Shown here: piece after piece, positions 46,691 to 56,530 of the stretch
Position numbering within the stretch: position 1 is the stretch's first letter
Layout of the letters: each line of letters starts with the position of its first letter
The notes under the pieces: model-generated
What the model saw: the letters and a program-made list of their open reading frames with translations, nothing else
Databases searched by the model: none
Told to the model about the DNA's origin: nothing
Position numbers and translations under genes: made by a program
Assembly (NCBI GenBank): GCA_040767805.1
Contig: JAXGNU010000001.1
Coordinates: forward strand, 207,059 to 271,058
From: Thermovirgaceae bacterium
GTDB taxonomy: Bacteria > Synergistota > Synergistia > Synergistales > Thermovirgaceae
Direction: 5' to 3'
DNA: 64,000 nt

Positions 46691-47146
46691 CTACCCGGAT
46701 TTATTTTTTTCCCTGTGAACGTAGACACTACAGGGGGAATGGGCGACGACCTTCGCCGCCACGCTTCCCAGGAAAAACCTCTCCAGGTTGCTAAGCCCCC
46801 GGTGCCCGATCATTATCATGGAGGCGTCCATCTTTTCCGCGAAGGATACGATCTCGTTGTAGGGATTTCCGAAGAGCACATTGATGGACATCCTTTCCGG
46901 CCCGGGCATGCCAGAGGACCGCACTTTTTCCTGGACCCACTTACCCAATTCTTTTTCGGCCTCTTCTTCCGAGGGAGGAACCGACACGGAACGTCCGCCG
47001 ACGGATACCTCGCGGTAGTCTTCCCAATTGACCACGTGGAGGAACAGCAGCTCGGCGTCCTTTTCCCTTTGGGCATAGTGGAGAGCGTAATCGATGACCT
47101 CCTTGCTGACATCGCTCCCGTCTACCGCTACCACTACCTTCTTCAT
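46691..47146 (-). CDS. Universal stress protein
   Basis: VVAVDGS, LHV, G.P..EI, G.RG......LGSVA.KV.....CSV. Confidence 0.93.
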   Translation of the reverse strand: MKKVVVAVDGSDVSKEVIDYALHYAQREKDAELLFLHVVNWEDYREVSVGGRSVSVPPSEEEAEKELGKWVQEKVRSSGMPGPERMSINVLFGNPYNEIVSFAEKMDASMIMIGHRGLSNLERFFLGSVAAKVVAHSPCSVYVHREKNKSG

Positions 47147-47289
47147 AGGGATCACCCCTTCTCCCGCTGGACTCGCGCCGTTTCACGGGCCGGCATCGGA
47201 GTAGCGCCGGATCGCGTTTTTATTCTACCGCTTTACCCGGCAATCTTGTAGGTGGCCCCGGGCAACGCTCCGGATGAACCTGTTCGATC

Positions 47290-47607
47290 CTAGGCAAAAA
47301 GGAAGGAAAAGGCCCAGAGCAGGATCATGCCGGTCGCGATGGTGATTAAAATATTCTTGGTCCTTAGCGCGACGGCGAAGGCCGCCAGCCCCGCGGCCAA
47401 TCTTGCCGGTGAAATATCGAGCCCCGCGGGGTTCCCGGCGTAGAGGACCGAGGGCGCGATGAGCGCCGCGAGAACGGCCGGGGGGATATACCGGAAAGAC
47501 CTCTCGAGGAAAGGAGGTATCTTCCGGTTGGGCACGAAGCACAGGAACAGCCCCTTGATGACCAGCAGCGCTACAGCGAGTACGCCGAAAAGGAGATAGA
47601 ACCTCAT
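47290..47607 (-). CDS. AzlD-family membrane protein
   Basis: YIPPAVLAALI; paired with AzlC. Confidence 0.85.
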   Translation of the reverse strand: MRFYLLFGVLAVALLVIKGLFLCFVPNRKIPPFLERSFRYIPPAVLAALIAPSVLYAGNPAGLDISPARLAAGLAAFAVALRTKNILITIATGMILLWAFSFLFA

Positions 47608-48326
47608 GGGCGTTCCCCCCCGCTTACGGTTGTCCTTAAAAACTCCCCGGCGGCCATCCCTGACCCAATGCCAATGAGGATCGCCACCAAAAGGCCCGAC
47701 TGGAGGGGAAGTCGCGGGACCAGCACCACCGAAGCCGCTATGCCCGCCAGGACGGAAACCTGCCTGTCCTTGCCGCCCAGGTGAGGTACGAGCAAGAACA
47801 TGAATGCCAAGGGTATGACGAAATCAAGGGAAAGTCCTGCCGGGATCATGGCTTCCAGGACAAAACCCAGGAAAACTCCCGCCAACCAGACCACGAAGAT
47901 CGCAAGCGATGAGCCGAACAGGAAAGCCGGGAGAGACGGGTTGTCGGGGTTGGTCTCCAGTTCGGTCATGGAGGCCACGAAAGACTGGTCCGACAACAAG
48001 AAGGCCGCCAGGAGGCGTTCGATGTATGACCTCTCTTCAAGGACGGGGTGGAGTGAAAGGCTATACATGGAGTACCTGAGGTTCACGACCATGGCGGTAA
48101 GAAGCACGATGGCGGCAGAGGCCCCGGCGCCGTAAAGCTGGACCGCCGCCAGCTGGGCTGTACCGGCGAGCATCGAGAGAGAGAAGAACGTCCCCTGGGC
48201 TGCATCCAGCCCCGCCTCCCTTGCGGCCACCCCTACCACCATGGCGAAGGGCACTATGCCGAGGAACAGGGGCACCGAGTTCCGCGCCCCTCTCAAGAAT
48301 TCCCGTCTTGAATCAGTCATTTTCAT
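47604..48326 (-). CDS. AzlC-family branched-chain amino acid exporter subunit
   Basis: P...G..PF, AG.AQ, VNLRY..YS.SL, L.D, LDF. Confidence 0.88.
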   Translation of the reverse strand: MKMTDSRREFLRGARNSVPLFLGIVPFAMVVGVAAREAGLDAAQGTFFSLSMLAGTAQLAAVQLYGAGASAAIVLLTAMVVNLRYSMYSLSLHPVLEERSYIERLLAAFLLSDQSFVASMTELETNPDNPSLPAFLFGSSLAIFVVWLAGVFLGFVLEAMIPAGLSLDFVIPLAFMFLLVPHLGGKDRQVSVLAGIAASVVLVPRLPLQSGLLVAILIGIGSGMAAGEFLRTTVSGGERP

Positions 48327-48723
48327 CTCCCCAGACTTTTCTTTGGAAGCGCTCTTCCCGGAAGTGCAGCGGCCTGTCCCGAATCCCCGAGACATTATAA
48401 GCGACGTGCCAAGGATTTCCAGAGAAGCCGAATCACGGCGGGACCGTCCGGTTGGATCATTAATAGCCATGGCTCATCTCACAGGTTGCGAGTACTGAGA
48501 GAACTTCCGGTCCCTCTTTTGAGCGGCGGGGTTGTAGGGGCAGACAGGATCGGTCCGTCCATGTATCGGAGCTCGCGGTGATGAAGACCTCCCTGGAGGA
48601 TAACGGACGTCCCTTGTGATCACGCAACCAGCCTGTCCCTTGCCCTTCCTGAGTGCTTTTCTTTCACACCTGTCGGTAGGGGATAATCATCAACAAAAGG
48701 CCTTATCATGCTATCCTTTTGAT

Positions 48724-48918
48724 ATGAGCGAAAGACCCTTTGTACTGGATGTCAACAGCGAACTCAGGAAAAGAGCGGCGGAACTGGCATGCCTGCCGGA
48801 CACACCCGAGGTGAGGCGCGACTGGCTCCTCATCGCTGATGAGGCCTCATCGATCGGTGATTGGCTGCTCAGCGAATACGCCTATAAAAAAGGCCTGGGG
48901 TTGCAGGTGCTCTGGTGA
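48724..48918 (+). CDS. Small hypothetical protein (64 aa), possibly leaderless
   Basis: GTGA overlap with the sfsA fusion; TG-n-TATCCT 6 nt upstream of the ATG and no RBS. Confidence 0.5.
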   Translation: MSERPFVLDVNSELRKRAAELACLPDTPEVRRDWLLIADEASSIGDWLLSEYAYKKGLGLQVLW

Positions 48919-50105
48919 GGCCCACGCAAAGTGGTAACCTTGGGGACCTTCCTTTTAAGGCCTCCTGGCGCCCGGTAATAGAAGCCCGTTTTCTTGGCAG
49001 GCCCAACCGTTTCAGGGTCACGGCACTTATCAATGGCGAAGCGGTCGGAGCCTATCTCCCCAACCCAGGTCGCCTGTGGGAATTGCTCCTCCCCGGAGCG
49101 AAGCTTTTCCTCGAGAATTCCGGAGAGACCGAAGACCGCAAGACCGGCTTCACCGTCGTCGCCGTCAGTACAACCCATGGCCCGATTATGCTTCACACCC
49201 ACCGGACCAATGATGCCGCCCAATGGCTCCTGGAACGGGGCTTGGTACCCGGTTGGGAGGAAACGGCGATCGTCCGCCGCGAAGTGGCCTTCGGCGGGAG
49301 CCGCTTCGACTTCCTCCTCGAGGGCCGGGACGGGCGTTTCCCCGTGGAGGTGAAATCCTGCACGCTCTTCGACGAGAAGATGGCCATGTTCCCCGACACG
49401 CCTTCGGAGAGGGCGACCCGCCACATAGCCCACCTTGCCGAAATGGGGCGAGGAGGTGCAGGTGCGGGGCTCCTGGTCCTGGTGCATTCGCCCCGTCCCC
49501 GGTACTTCCTGCCCAACCTGCACACCGACCTCGACTTTGCCAAGGCCTTCCTCGAAGCCAGGGGCGTCGTGGATATCAAACCCCTGAGCGTTGGCTGGAA
49601 TGAGGACCTCACCCTCGAGGCCGGGGCCTCCCTGCTGGAGATCCCTTGGGACATCCTTGAGCGGAATGCCGTCGACAAGGGGGGTTACATCCTGGTACTC
49701 GAGCTCGAACAGGACAGCCGGCTTCCGATCGGGAAAACCGGGGTGATCGATCTCAAGGCGGGGTTTTACTGCTACGTGGGATCGGCGATGAAGAACCTGA
49801 AGGCCAGGATGTCCCGTCACCGGAGGAAACGAAAAAAACTTCACTGGCAGGTGGATCACCTTCGTGAGGCCTCCCGGTTCGTCGCCTGCCTCCCGGTCAG
49901 GTCCGCCGAGACCGTGGAATGTGACCTAGCGCGGGGCCTCGCCGGGATCGCCGACGGGCGGATCCCGGGTTTTGGCTGTTCCGACTGCTCCTGTCCGACG
50001 CACCTCTTCCGCTTCGAGGCCGATCCCATGAAAAACCCGGCCTTCGCGGGATGGCTCACAGAATTCAGGTTAGACCGGCTGGTAACCGGGGAGGGAACCC
50101 CATGA
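48915..50105 (+). CDS. sfsA: SfsA-family PD-(D/E)xK nuclease fused to a C-terminal DUF123/GIY-YIG-like domain
   Basis: RPNRF, LPNPGRL.ELL.PG, SRFDF, VEVKSCTL, FPD; then GGY.L, Y.YVGSA, R..RH, HWQVD.L, EC.LA, FGCSDC.C..HLF. Confidence 0.88.
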   Translation: MRPTQSGNLGDLPFKASWRPVIEARFLGRPNRFRVTALINGEAVGAYLPNPGRLWELLLPGAKLFLENSGETEDRKTGFTVVAVSTTHGPIMLHTHRTNDAAQWLLERGLVPGWEETAIVRREVAFGGSRFDFLLEGRDGRFPVEVKSCTLFDEKMAMFPDTPSERATRHIAHLAEMGRGGAGAGLLVLVHSPRPRYFLPNLHTDLDFAKAFLEARGVVDIKPLSVGWNEDLTLEAGASLLEIPWDILERNAVDKGGYILVLELEQDSRLPIGKTGVIDLKAGFYCYVGSAMKNLKARMSRHRRKRKKLHWQVDHLREASRFVACLPVRSAETVECDLARGLAGIADGRIPGFGCSDCSCPTHLFRFEADPMKNPAFAGWLTEFRLDRLVTGEGTP

Positions 50106-50773
50106 GCGTTTTTGACGACCACGCGAAGTCTTACGATGAGTGGTACACGACACCTATCGGGAAGTGGATCGATGAGATTGAAACCAGGTGCGCTTTCGGG
50201 CTCCTCGAACCACGAAGCGGCATGAAGATCCTTGATGCCGGCTGCGGCACGGGCAACTTCAGTTTGAAACTGGCCAGGCTGGGATGCGCGGTAACGGGTG
50301 TCGACCTTTCCGGTGAAATGCTCGCCATTGCTATTGAAAAAGCCGAAGCGGAAAGCCTCGAAGTGAAGTTCCTGTCCATGGATATAAAGACCCTGGAGTT
50401 CGATGATGGTGCCTTCGATGCCGTCGTCTCCATGGCAGCGCTGGAGTTCATCCAAAACCCCCTGGATGCCGCCGAGGAGATGTTCCGGGTAGTAAGAAAA
50501 GGCGGGAGGCTGGTCATCGGGACCATAAACCGCCTCAGCCCCTGGGGGGAACTCTACATGGAGATCGGCCGAAGGAGCGACAGCGTGTACCGCCACGCCC
50601 GGTTCCTGAGCCTGGAAGAAATGAGCCGTTTCAGGCCGGAGAACCTGGCTTCGACGAAGGAATGCCTGTTCTTCAGGCCCGAAAACTACGTGGACAACTC
50701 GCACCCAGGGGAAGACCATGGCCCCGCCGAACCGGGAAAGGGGGGTTTCCTTTGCGCGATGTGGATGAAATGA
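50102..50773 (+). CDS. Class I SAM-dependent methyltransferase
   Basis: FD..A..YD.WY, ILDAGCGTG, GVDLS..ML, FD.V, GG.LVIG. Confidence 0.9.
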   Translation: MSVFDDHAKSYDEWYTTPIGKWIDEIETRCAFGLLEPRSGMKILDAGCGTGNFSLKLARLGCAVTGVDLSGEMLAIAIEKAEAESLEVKFLSMDIKTLEFDDGAFDAVVSMAALEFIQNPLDAAEEMFRVVRKGGRLVIGTINRLSPWGELYMEIGRRSDSVYRHARFLSLEEMSRFRPENLASTKECLFFRPENYVDNSHPGEDHGPAEPGKGGFLCAMWMK

Positions 50774-51012
50774 CCACCTGCCAGGTCTCCTTTTTGCCCA
50801 TAGAGAGTCAAAACTACAAGGAGGATGTCACCAAGGTTCTGTCGCTGATCGAAAAGAGCGGCCTTGACTTTCAAACGGGTGAAATGTCGACCACCATCAA
50901 GGGGGAAAGGGACCGGATATGGGCCCTGGCCAAGGAGATCTTCGAGGAGATGGACCAGGTCTGCCGGTTCGTTTTGGACCTGAAGGTCTCAAATACCTGC
51001 GGCTGCTCCTGA
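50770..51012 (+). CDS. YkoF/MTH1187-like thiamine/HMP-binding family small protein
   Basis: QVSFLPI, SGL....G.MST.I.G, C-terminal SNTCG; ATGA overlap. Confidence 0.78.
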   Translation: MTTCQVSFLPIESQNYKEDVTKVLSLIEKSGLDFQTGEMSTTIKGERDRIWALAKEIFEEMDQVCRFVLDLKVSNTCGCS

Positions 51013-51762
51013 AGCGGGACCGGTTCCTACGGGCCATTCTGTTCTCAGGACCGCACAGGTCTCTTTTGACCCCTCCGGCCGGAGCCTGTGGAGGTAAACA
51101 GCGGGATCATCGCTCACCTTTTTGACCTGGGAGACGATCCCTTCGCCGTAACGGGCGGGCGTCCGGAAAAAGGCCTCCACCTCGGACGGCCCGGCTGAAC
51201 CCAGCACTTCCCCGGGTATCGCTTCCAGGGCCCATTCGAAATAGCGGGCGTTGTTGACATGGCAGTTGATATCCAGGTCATTAAGGCGGACATCGAACCG
51301 CACCGCTATATCATGGTCTTCCGATTCGGGGATCTCCTTGAACCCCGTGGGGAAGTACTCCGCCCTGTTCTCCTCGTAGGACCGGGGCATGGCGGAGCTC
51401 AACCTGACGGGGCGCCCCCTCTTGAGGTCCAGTACGACCCAGGAGGATTCGGCGAAAACGGACCTCTCTCCGTCAGCATCCTCCATGGAAAAATCCCTCA
51501 GCGAGTAAAGGTCGCGCTCCGGACGGTACCAGGTACGGATCTTGAGTTCTTCGCCCGGTTCCGGCACCCGGGAGAAAACCAGCCGCATCCTGTGGAGGAC
51601 CCATGTGCGCCCCCCACGGAGCAGGTCAGTGACCCCAAACCCCAACCGGTCGACGTGTTCTCCCGCGATGTCCTGGAAACGGTTGACGACGCTGACCACC
51701 CTCATCCTCCCGTGAGCCCCCACCTCGGAGTGACCCACCCTGAAAACCATGCTGTATTCCAA
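50989..51762 (-). CDS. Acyl-ACP thioesterase (double hotdog)
   Basis: FQD.A..H, WVL.R, VR..DLD.N.HVNNA.Y. Confidence 0.88.
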   Translation of the reverse strand: MEYSMVFRVGHSEVGAHGRMRVVSVVNRFQDIAGEHVDRLGFGVTDLLRGGRTWVLHRMRLVFSRVPEPGEELKIRTWYRPERDLYSLRDFSMEDADGERSVFAESSWVVLDLKRGRPVRLSSAMPRSYEENRAEYFPTGFKEIPESEDHDIAVRFDVRLNDLDINCHVNNARYFEWALEAIPGEVLGSAGPSEVEAFFRTPARYGEGIVSQVKKVSDDPAVYLHRLRPEGSKETCAVLRTEWPVGTGPASGAAAGI

Positions 51763-51839
51763 GGATTATCACCCTTCCCAGGTCAGGGCGGAAGGCGCGA
51801 AGGTTCCCACGCTGGACACCCCCGTGACGCGGGAAGCCC

Positions 51840-52652
51840 TCAAAGGGGCACCTCCGAAGCCTTGCACACCGTCATGCCCGCATCACGGGCTTTTTGAAGG
51901 GCGGTTTCGCCCAACCCTTCGAAACCGGGCACGCTGCTCGATGCGTCCTCCAGGACTATTATCCTGGCCAGCACATCGGGGGCAAGGTTTTCGATGAGGT
52001 CAGTGATGGTATTGGCCACGCAGTGACTCAGGGCCTGGCCCGACACTATCACCGCCCGTGCCAGGGAAAGTTCGCCCAGCAGCCGCCTGTTCAGCGCGGT
52101 GCCGGTGTCGTCGGGATCCTCCACTTCGGCCTTCAGCACCGAATAGTGCTCGGTCCAGAGGTTCATCCCCTTGAGGATATAATCGGCCCTCCTCCCTTCC
52201 CGCCGTTCCCACCGGTTAACCCTCTCGAGGACTTCCTCGACGAGGCAGTGCCCGGGCGAGCCGAGGATGCAATGCTCGGGCCAGATAGTATGGGTATACC
52301 TTCCCGAGGCATCAAGCCTTTCAAGGTAAAGCCTCACCCGTTCCAGGGAGCCGGGGTCCTTCGGGAGCCACTTCCCGGAAGCCAGGTCCGCGGGGGTGAT
52401 CTGGGTGTAGGGTTCCGGCAGGTTGCCCTCAGGGTCCCTCCAGAAGCCCGGGTGGGATATGTCCAGGACGTAGTGAGTATCCATTGTCAAATGATAGTTG
52501 CCGATGCTCCCCTTCCGGTCCAGCCTGTCGAGTAGCGCGCAAACCCTTTCCGTATCACCCGGCGCCCCGGGGACAAAAAGGGCGCCTCCCGGTTTGCAAA
52601 AGTCATTCTGGGCATCGATGACCAGCACATCGTAGAGGGTCAAAGGAACCAC
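51840..52652 (-). CDS. Isochorismatase/nicotinamidase-like cysteine hydrolase
   Basis: IDAQNDF, D.H, IWPEHC, KG, GQALSHCV (Asp-Lys-Cys triad). Confidence 0.85.
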   Translation of the reverse strand: MVPLTLYDVLVIDAQNDFCKPGGALFVPGAPGDTERVCALLDRLDRKGSIGNYHLTMDTHYVLDISHPGFWRDPEGNLPEPYTQITPADLASGKWLPKDPGSLERVRLYLERLDASGRYTHTIWPEHCILGSPGHCLVEEVLERVNRWERREGRRADYILKGMNLWTEHYSVLKAEVEDPDDTGTALNRRLLGELSLARAVIVSGQALSHCVANTITDLIENLAPDVLARIIVLEDASSSVPGFEGLGETALQKARDAGMTVCKASEVPL

Positions 52653-52758
52653 TCCTTTCTTGGGCCATGCACGCGGTATTCGAGAGGGCGGACGAGGTCA
52701 CTATTCATCGGGCAATCGATCCTTGGCCTGACCTATACCCCCCCTGGATGAGGGATCT

Positions 52759-53742
52759 TCATTGACGCGGTTCGAACCGTACTCCCCGCAGGGGGGCCGT
52801 GTTGACCGTTAGGGTGAAGACATCGGGTCGGGAATAGTGGCCGTCGGAATCCATGAGCAAGTGACCCTCGGTCACCAGGCCTAGATCCAGCGTGGCGTGG
52901 ACCGTACCCACCGCGTCGTAGAGGGGTTCCACCAGGCAGGTGGAGTCCGGTGCGATCACGGTGCTCCCACCCCTTTGAAGCGGCTCCGCCGGGTTCCCCA
53001 TGGAGGAGAGCATCTCGCGGCACTCCTGCATCGCCCCCGGGAGAGAATCATAACCCTCGAGCACATCGCCTACTGTCAGGACCGTCCCCACCGCGAGCAC
53101 GAAACACTGGCCCTCGAAGGCATAATGCCTGCTGGCCACCAGGTGCAGATCCCTCACCCAGGGCCACTGTGCCACGTGGACGGTTTCCTTCCTGGCGTGC
53201 ATTGCCGCCCGTGCCAGGGGGAGCCAGTGTTCCCAGCAGATGAGGCCCCCCAGGACTCCGAAGGGGGCGTCGACCGAGACGAGGGTGCTTCCGTCGCCCC
53301 TTCCCCAGAGGAGCCGTTCCGTGTAGGTGGGCGTGAGCTTCCTGTGAGCCGAATACACCCCTTCGGGGGAGATGAAGAGCATCGTGTTATAGAGCGTGTT
53401 CCCGACCAGTTCGTGGGCTCCCATGACCATATGGACCTTGGACTCGACGGCGGCCCTGGCAAGGGCCGCGGTCTCCTCACCCTGTAGGGTGAGGGCATTC
53501 TCCACGAGCCTTCGGAAAAGGCCTTTCGCCGCGGCGTGTCCCCAGAGGGCCGCCTTGGGGGCCGAGTCGATCCAAACGGGGTAACCCGGGAGCCAGGTCT
53601 CGGGGAAAACCACCACTCGAGCGCCATCACCGGCAGCCTTGTGGGTCAGCGTGCAGGCTTTTTCCACGCTGGCACCGAGGTTCAAAAAAACCGGGGGCTC
53701 CTGTATTATCGCAACGTTCACTTCTTTAACTTTTTCCGTCAT
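52759..53742 (-). CDS. Nitrilase (carbon-nitrogen hydrolase family)
   Basis: FPE..LPGYP.W, HRKL.PT..ER..WG.GDG, LICWEH, D..GHYSRPD. Confidence 0.92.
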   Translation of the reverse strand: MTEKVKEVNVAIIQEPPVFLNLGASVEKACTLTHKAAGDGARVVVFPETWLPGYPVWIDSAPKAALWGHAAAKGLFRRLVENALTLQGEETAALARAAVESKVHMVMGAHELVGNTLYNTMLFISPEGVYSAHRKLTPTYTERLLWGRGDGSTLVSVDAPFGVLGGLICWEHWLPLARAAMHARKETVHVAQWPWVRDLHLVASRHYAFEGQCFVLAVGTVLTVGDVLEGYDSLPGAMQECREMLSSMGNPAEPLQRGGSTVIAPDSTCLVEPLYDAVGTVHATLDLGLVTEGHLLMDSDGHYSRPDVFTLTVNTAPLRGVRFEPRQ

Positions 53743-54232
53743 GTCCTCCTCCTATCAATACCGCCCTCCTCGCCGCCCTGGCCCTGGCAAGGCGCCGGGC
53801 GACTTCGGTGGAGAGCAGGTCGAGGTCGATCTCCCTGCCTATCCGTTTCAATTCAAGGCGGTCGGCGTCCCAAAGGCAGGCCGCGAGACCATCGTCGGTG
53901 ACCTCCCCATCGGCATGGCGCGCGATGGCGTGACAGATCCGATCGGCGTCCAGATGTGGGTAGAACCTCCCCAGCAACCGCCGTGCAAGGACCGATGAAT
54001 CGTGGGCGTGACCGTCGCCCGCCTTGTCATCGGTCCTGGCGCAATCGTGCAGGAAGCCCATCACGACGGCAGCCTCCACGTCCTCCCCGACCGCCGAGGC
54101 AAGCCGTCCCGAAAGGATCGACACCCTCCTCAAGTGGGAGATCCCATGCAGGGCCAGTCCTTCGCAGGTACAGAAAGGGACCAGCTGAACCTCAACCTCT
54201 TTGACCATAAGGAGTATCTCTTCTTTTTTCAT
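53726..54232 (-). CDS. HD-domain phosphohydrolase-like protein
   Basis: HG..H..RV, LHD, H, H, DADRL. Confidence 0.82.
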   Translation of the reverse strand: MKKEEILLMVKEVEVQLVPFCTCEGLALHGISHLRRVSILSGRLASAVGEDVEAAVVMGFLHDCARTDDKAGDGHAHDSSVLARRLLGRFYPHLDADRICHAIARHADGEVTDDGLAACLWDADRLELKRIGREIDLDLLSTEVARRLARARAARRAVLIGGGHDGKS

Positions 54233-54323
54233 CGCCCGTTCCTTTTTTCATTTTCCCCGGGCCAAAAAAACTCCCGGTACTTGCCGCCGACCCATTCCTT
54301 TTTACCCGACGGAGAAAAAAGGG

Positions 54324-56330
54324 TCAACGCATAGAAATATGGATCAGGTCCCCCGGATCGCCAGCCAGGAAGATGAAGCTTCCTTCCGGCACGTAAACCT
54401 CGCCGTCGTCGACGACGCTGTCGTACAAGGGAGGCACCTCGGGACCAGGAAGCACCACCACTCTGCTTTTACCGGTCAGTTCGAAGGAGAGTATCCCCTC
54501 TGAAACGGTCTTGAGCCACTCGTTCTCGCCATCGGCTCCTATGGCCACCAGGGTCGATCCTTCCGCGAGCGGTTCGGCCGCCTCCTCCATTGAGTAGACG
54601 AACTGTAGGACCTTCGCCCTGGTCCTTCCGTCCTTTCGGAACAGCCTCAAGGAAGACTGGTCACGGAAACCTGTCGAGACCATCTCGGCATGGTCGGGGT
54701 CGACCACCCTTTTGGGGCCGTCAAAGACGAAAAACCCGGGGAGTTCATCCGCCGCTGAAGACCTCCGGACCAGTAGATCCGTAAAGCTGCTGAAGGTGGG
54801 GGAGTTCCTGACCAGCCAAAGGGTCCCGTCCATCTCGACCGACATTTTCCGGGGGTTCTCCGGGATTTCAAGCAATTGAAAGACCGGGCCGTCCACGCCG
54901 TACCGGGGGACATTCGACAGCGCCAGAAAGGTGCCCTCATCGGAGGAGACCAGGTAGTACCTTTCCCTCTTCTCCGGGTTGTGGAAAAGACCGCCGTTAT
55001 AGACCAGCGAAAGGGCCGGGGACACTGCTCCACTGTTTCCCGCTCCATCGACGGGATAAATGTCGAGGAGGCCCTTTTTCCTGTCAACATGGAAACGGAA
55101 AAATCCCGATAGGTTGGTCAAAAAACCCGAAGATGGAAAGCTGTAACCTGCCATCGGCTCTGCTTTGACGGGTTTATCTACCGGTTCCTCTCCGGGTACG
55201 GGCAGCCCCCTGTCCCTCATCATGGCTTTCATGATCTTGTAAGCGGCCTCCCCGGCGTTTCCGGACCCTGAGTAGATCACCGCCACGGCCATCCTCTCCG
55301 AAGGGAGAAGTTGCAGGTATGACGTGTAAAACAGCGTACCGCCGCTCTTGCCCAGGATCTGGTACCCCAACTCCATGAAGTCGGGAAGAAGGCGGTGATC
55401 CCAGCCGAAGGCCTCCAAAAGGGCCTGCCCCTTCAGGGCGGACGCGAACTTCGTCGGTTGGGGCCCTTGGATCTCTTCCAGGGATGAGGGAGACAGGATA
55501 TGTTCGCCCCCGGGACTGAAACTGTCGGCAAAACGGCAGAGGTCCTCGGCCGTGGATGAAAGTCCCCCGGCGCCGAGGACCGTGACCACCTCAAGGGGAT
55601 AGTTCTTCCCGTCCGGGTCATAGAACCTTGCGACGTTGCCCCCTGTCACCCCTATGCTCTCCCCGGTATGATCCATCCCAAGGGGGCCGAACACCCTTTC
55701 CTTGAGAAAATCAATGTACTTTTTTCCTGAGACCCGCTCGACTATCATCTCCGCAAGGGTAAAACCGTCGTTGCAGTATATCCCCATGGCCCCGGGGTCT
55801 TGCTTCAGCGAGCTCTCCCTCAGGGCGTCAAGGAGTGTTTCGTGGGGGTCCCCCTCGGGGCTGTACCCGAAGACGAAGGTGGACCCCGGAAACCCCGAGG
55901 AGTGGTTGAAGAGCATTCTTATGGTGATATCCCTGTAACGGGGGTCTCTCATCCGGAATTCCGGGATGTGCTTCACCACGGGGTCGTCCAGGCGGATCTT
56001 GCCCTCATCGACGAGGATAAGGACCGCGACGGCTGCGAACATCTTGCTCGTGGATCCGATGTTGAACCTGGTCTTTTCGTCGACCATCCTACCCTCCGCC
56101 CTGTCGGCGGAACCGTACTCCTCGGAGAACACAATCTTGCCCTTGTCCATGACGGCCACGGACCCCGAATTCACCCCGCCCGAAGTGACCTCCTTCCAGA
56201 GGGTCTCCCGAGCGGTCCTTACCGTTTCAGGGTACCCGGCGGCGGGATCCCCGGAGGCAAAAGACGCGGAAAGACCGACAATAAAGAACAGGATAAGGAC
56301 GGAAATCCCCTGGGTGAACGGCTTTCTCAT
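54324..56330 (-). CDS. Exported serine hydrolase, beta-lactamase/D-Ala-D-Ala peptidase fold, with long C-terminal extension
   Basis: Signal peptide; GSTSK (SxxK), YCN (YxN), GKSG; L.NHSSG. Confidence 0.88.
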   Translation of the reverse strand: MRKPFTQGISVLILFFIVGLSASFASGDPAAGYPETVRTARETLWKEVTSGGVNSGSVAVMDKGKIVFSEEYGSADRAEGRMVDEKTRFNIGSTSKMFAAVAVLILVDEGKIRLDDPVVKHIPEFRMRDPRYRDITIRMLFNHSSGFPGSTFVFGYSPEGDPHETLLDALRESSLKQDPGAMGIYCNDGFTLAEMIVERVSGKKYIDFLKERVFGPLGMDHTGESIGVTGGNVARFYDPDGKNYPLEVVTVLGAGGLSSTAEDLCRFADSFSPGGEHILSPSSLEEIQGPQPTKFASALKGQALLEAFGWDHRLLPDFMELGYQILGKSGGTLFYTSYLQLLPSERMAVAVIYSGSGNAGEAAYKIMKAMMRDRGLPVPGEEPVDKPVKAEPMAGYSFPSSGFLTNLSGFFRFHVDRKKGLLDIYPVDGAGNSGAVSPALSLVYNGGLFHNPEKRERYYLVSSDEGTFLALSNVPRYGVDGPVFQLLEIPENPRKMSVEMDGTLWLVRNSPTFSSFTDLLVRRSSAADELPGFFVFDGPKRVVDPDHAEMVSTGFRDQSSLRLFRKDGRTRAKVLQFVYSMEEAAEPLAEGSTLVAIGADGENEWLKTVSEGILSFELTGKSRVVVLPGPEVPPLYDSVVDDGEVYVPEGSFIFLAGDPGDLIHISMR

Positions 56331-56530
56331 GAAACCGGCCCTCTCTCTCGGGCCCAGGATCCGGTCCACCGGCGAAAACCCTCGGCAGGGCGGCCCGCGC
56401 ATTTCTTCCTGTAGACAATTTACTCCAAAAGGGTGATCCCGGGGTCTTGGAATGTCAACCCGGCTTGGTCAAGCGTTTCACGAAGAGGCCGAACGGGGGG
56501 GCGTCGCAGGGGTCGGGGGAAAACGTTGAT

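Noticed and set aside
48480..48720. TPP riboswitch upstream of the operon containing the YkoF-like gene (CTGAGA at ~48495)
   Set aside because: The remaining conserved TPP elements (ACCTGA...TAAT...GCGNAGG) are absent.
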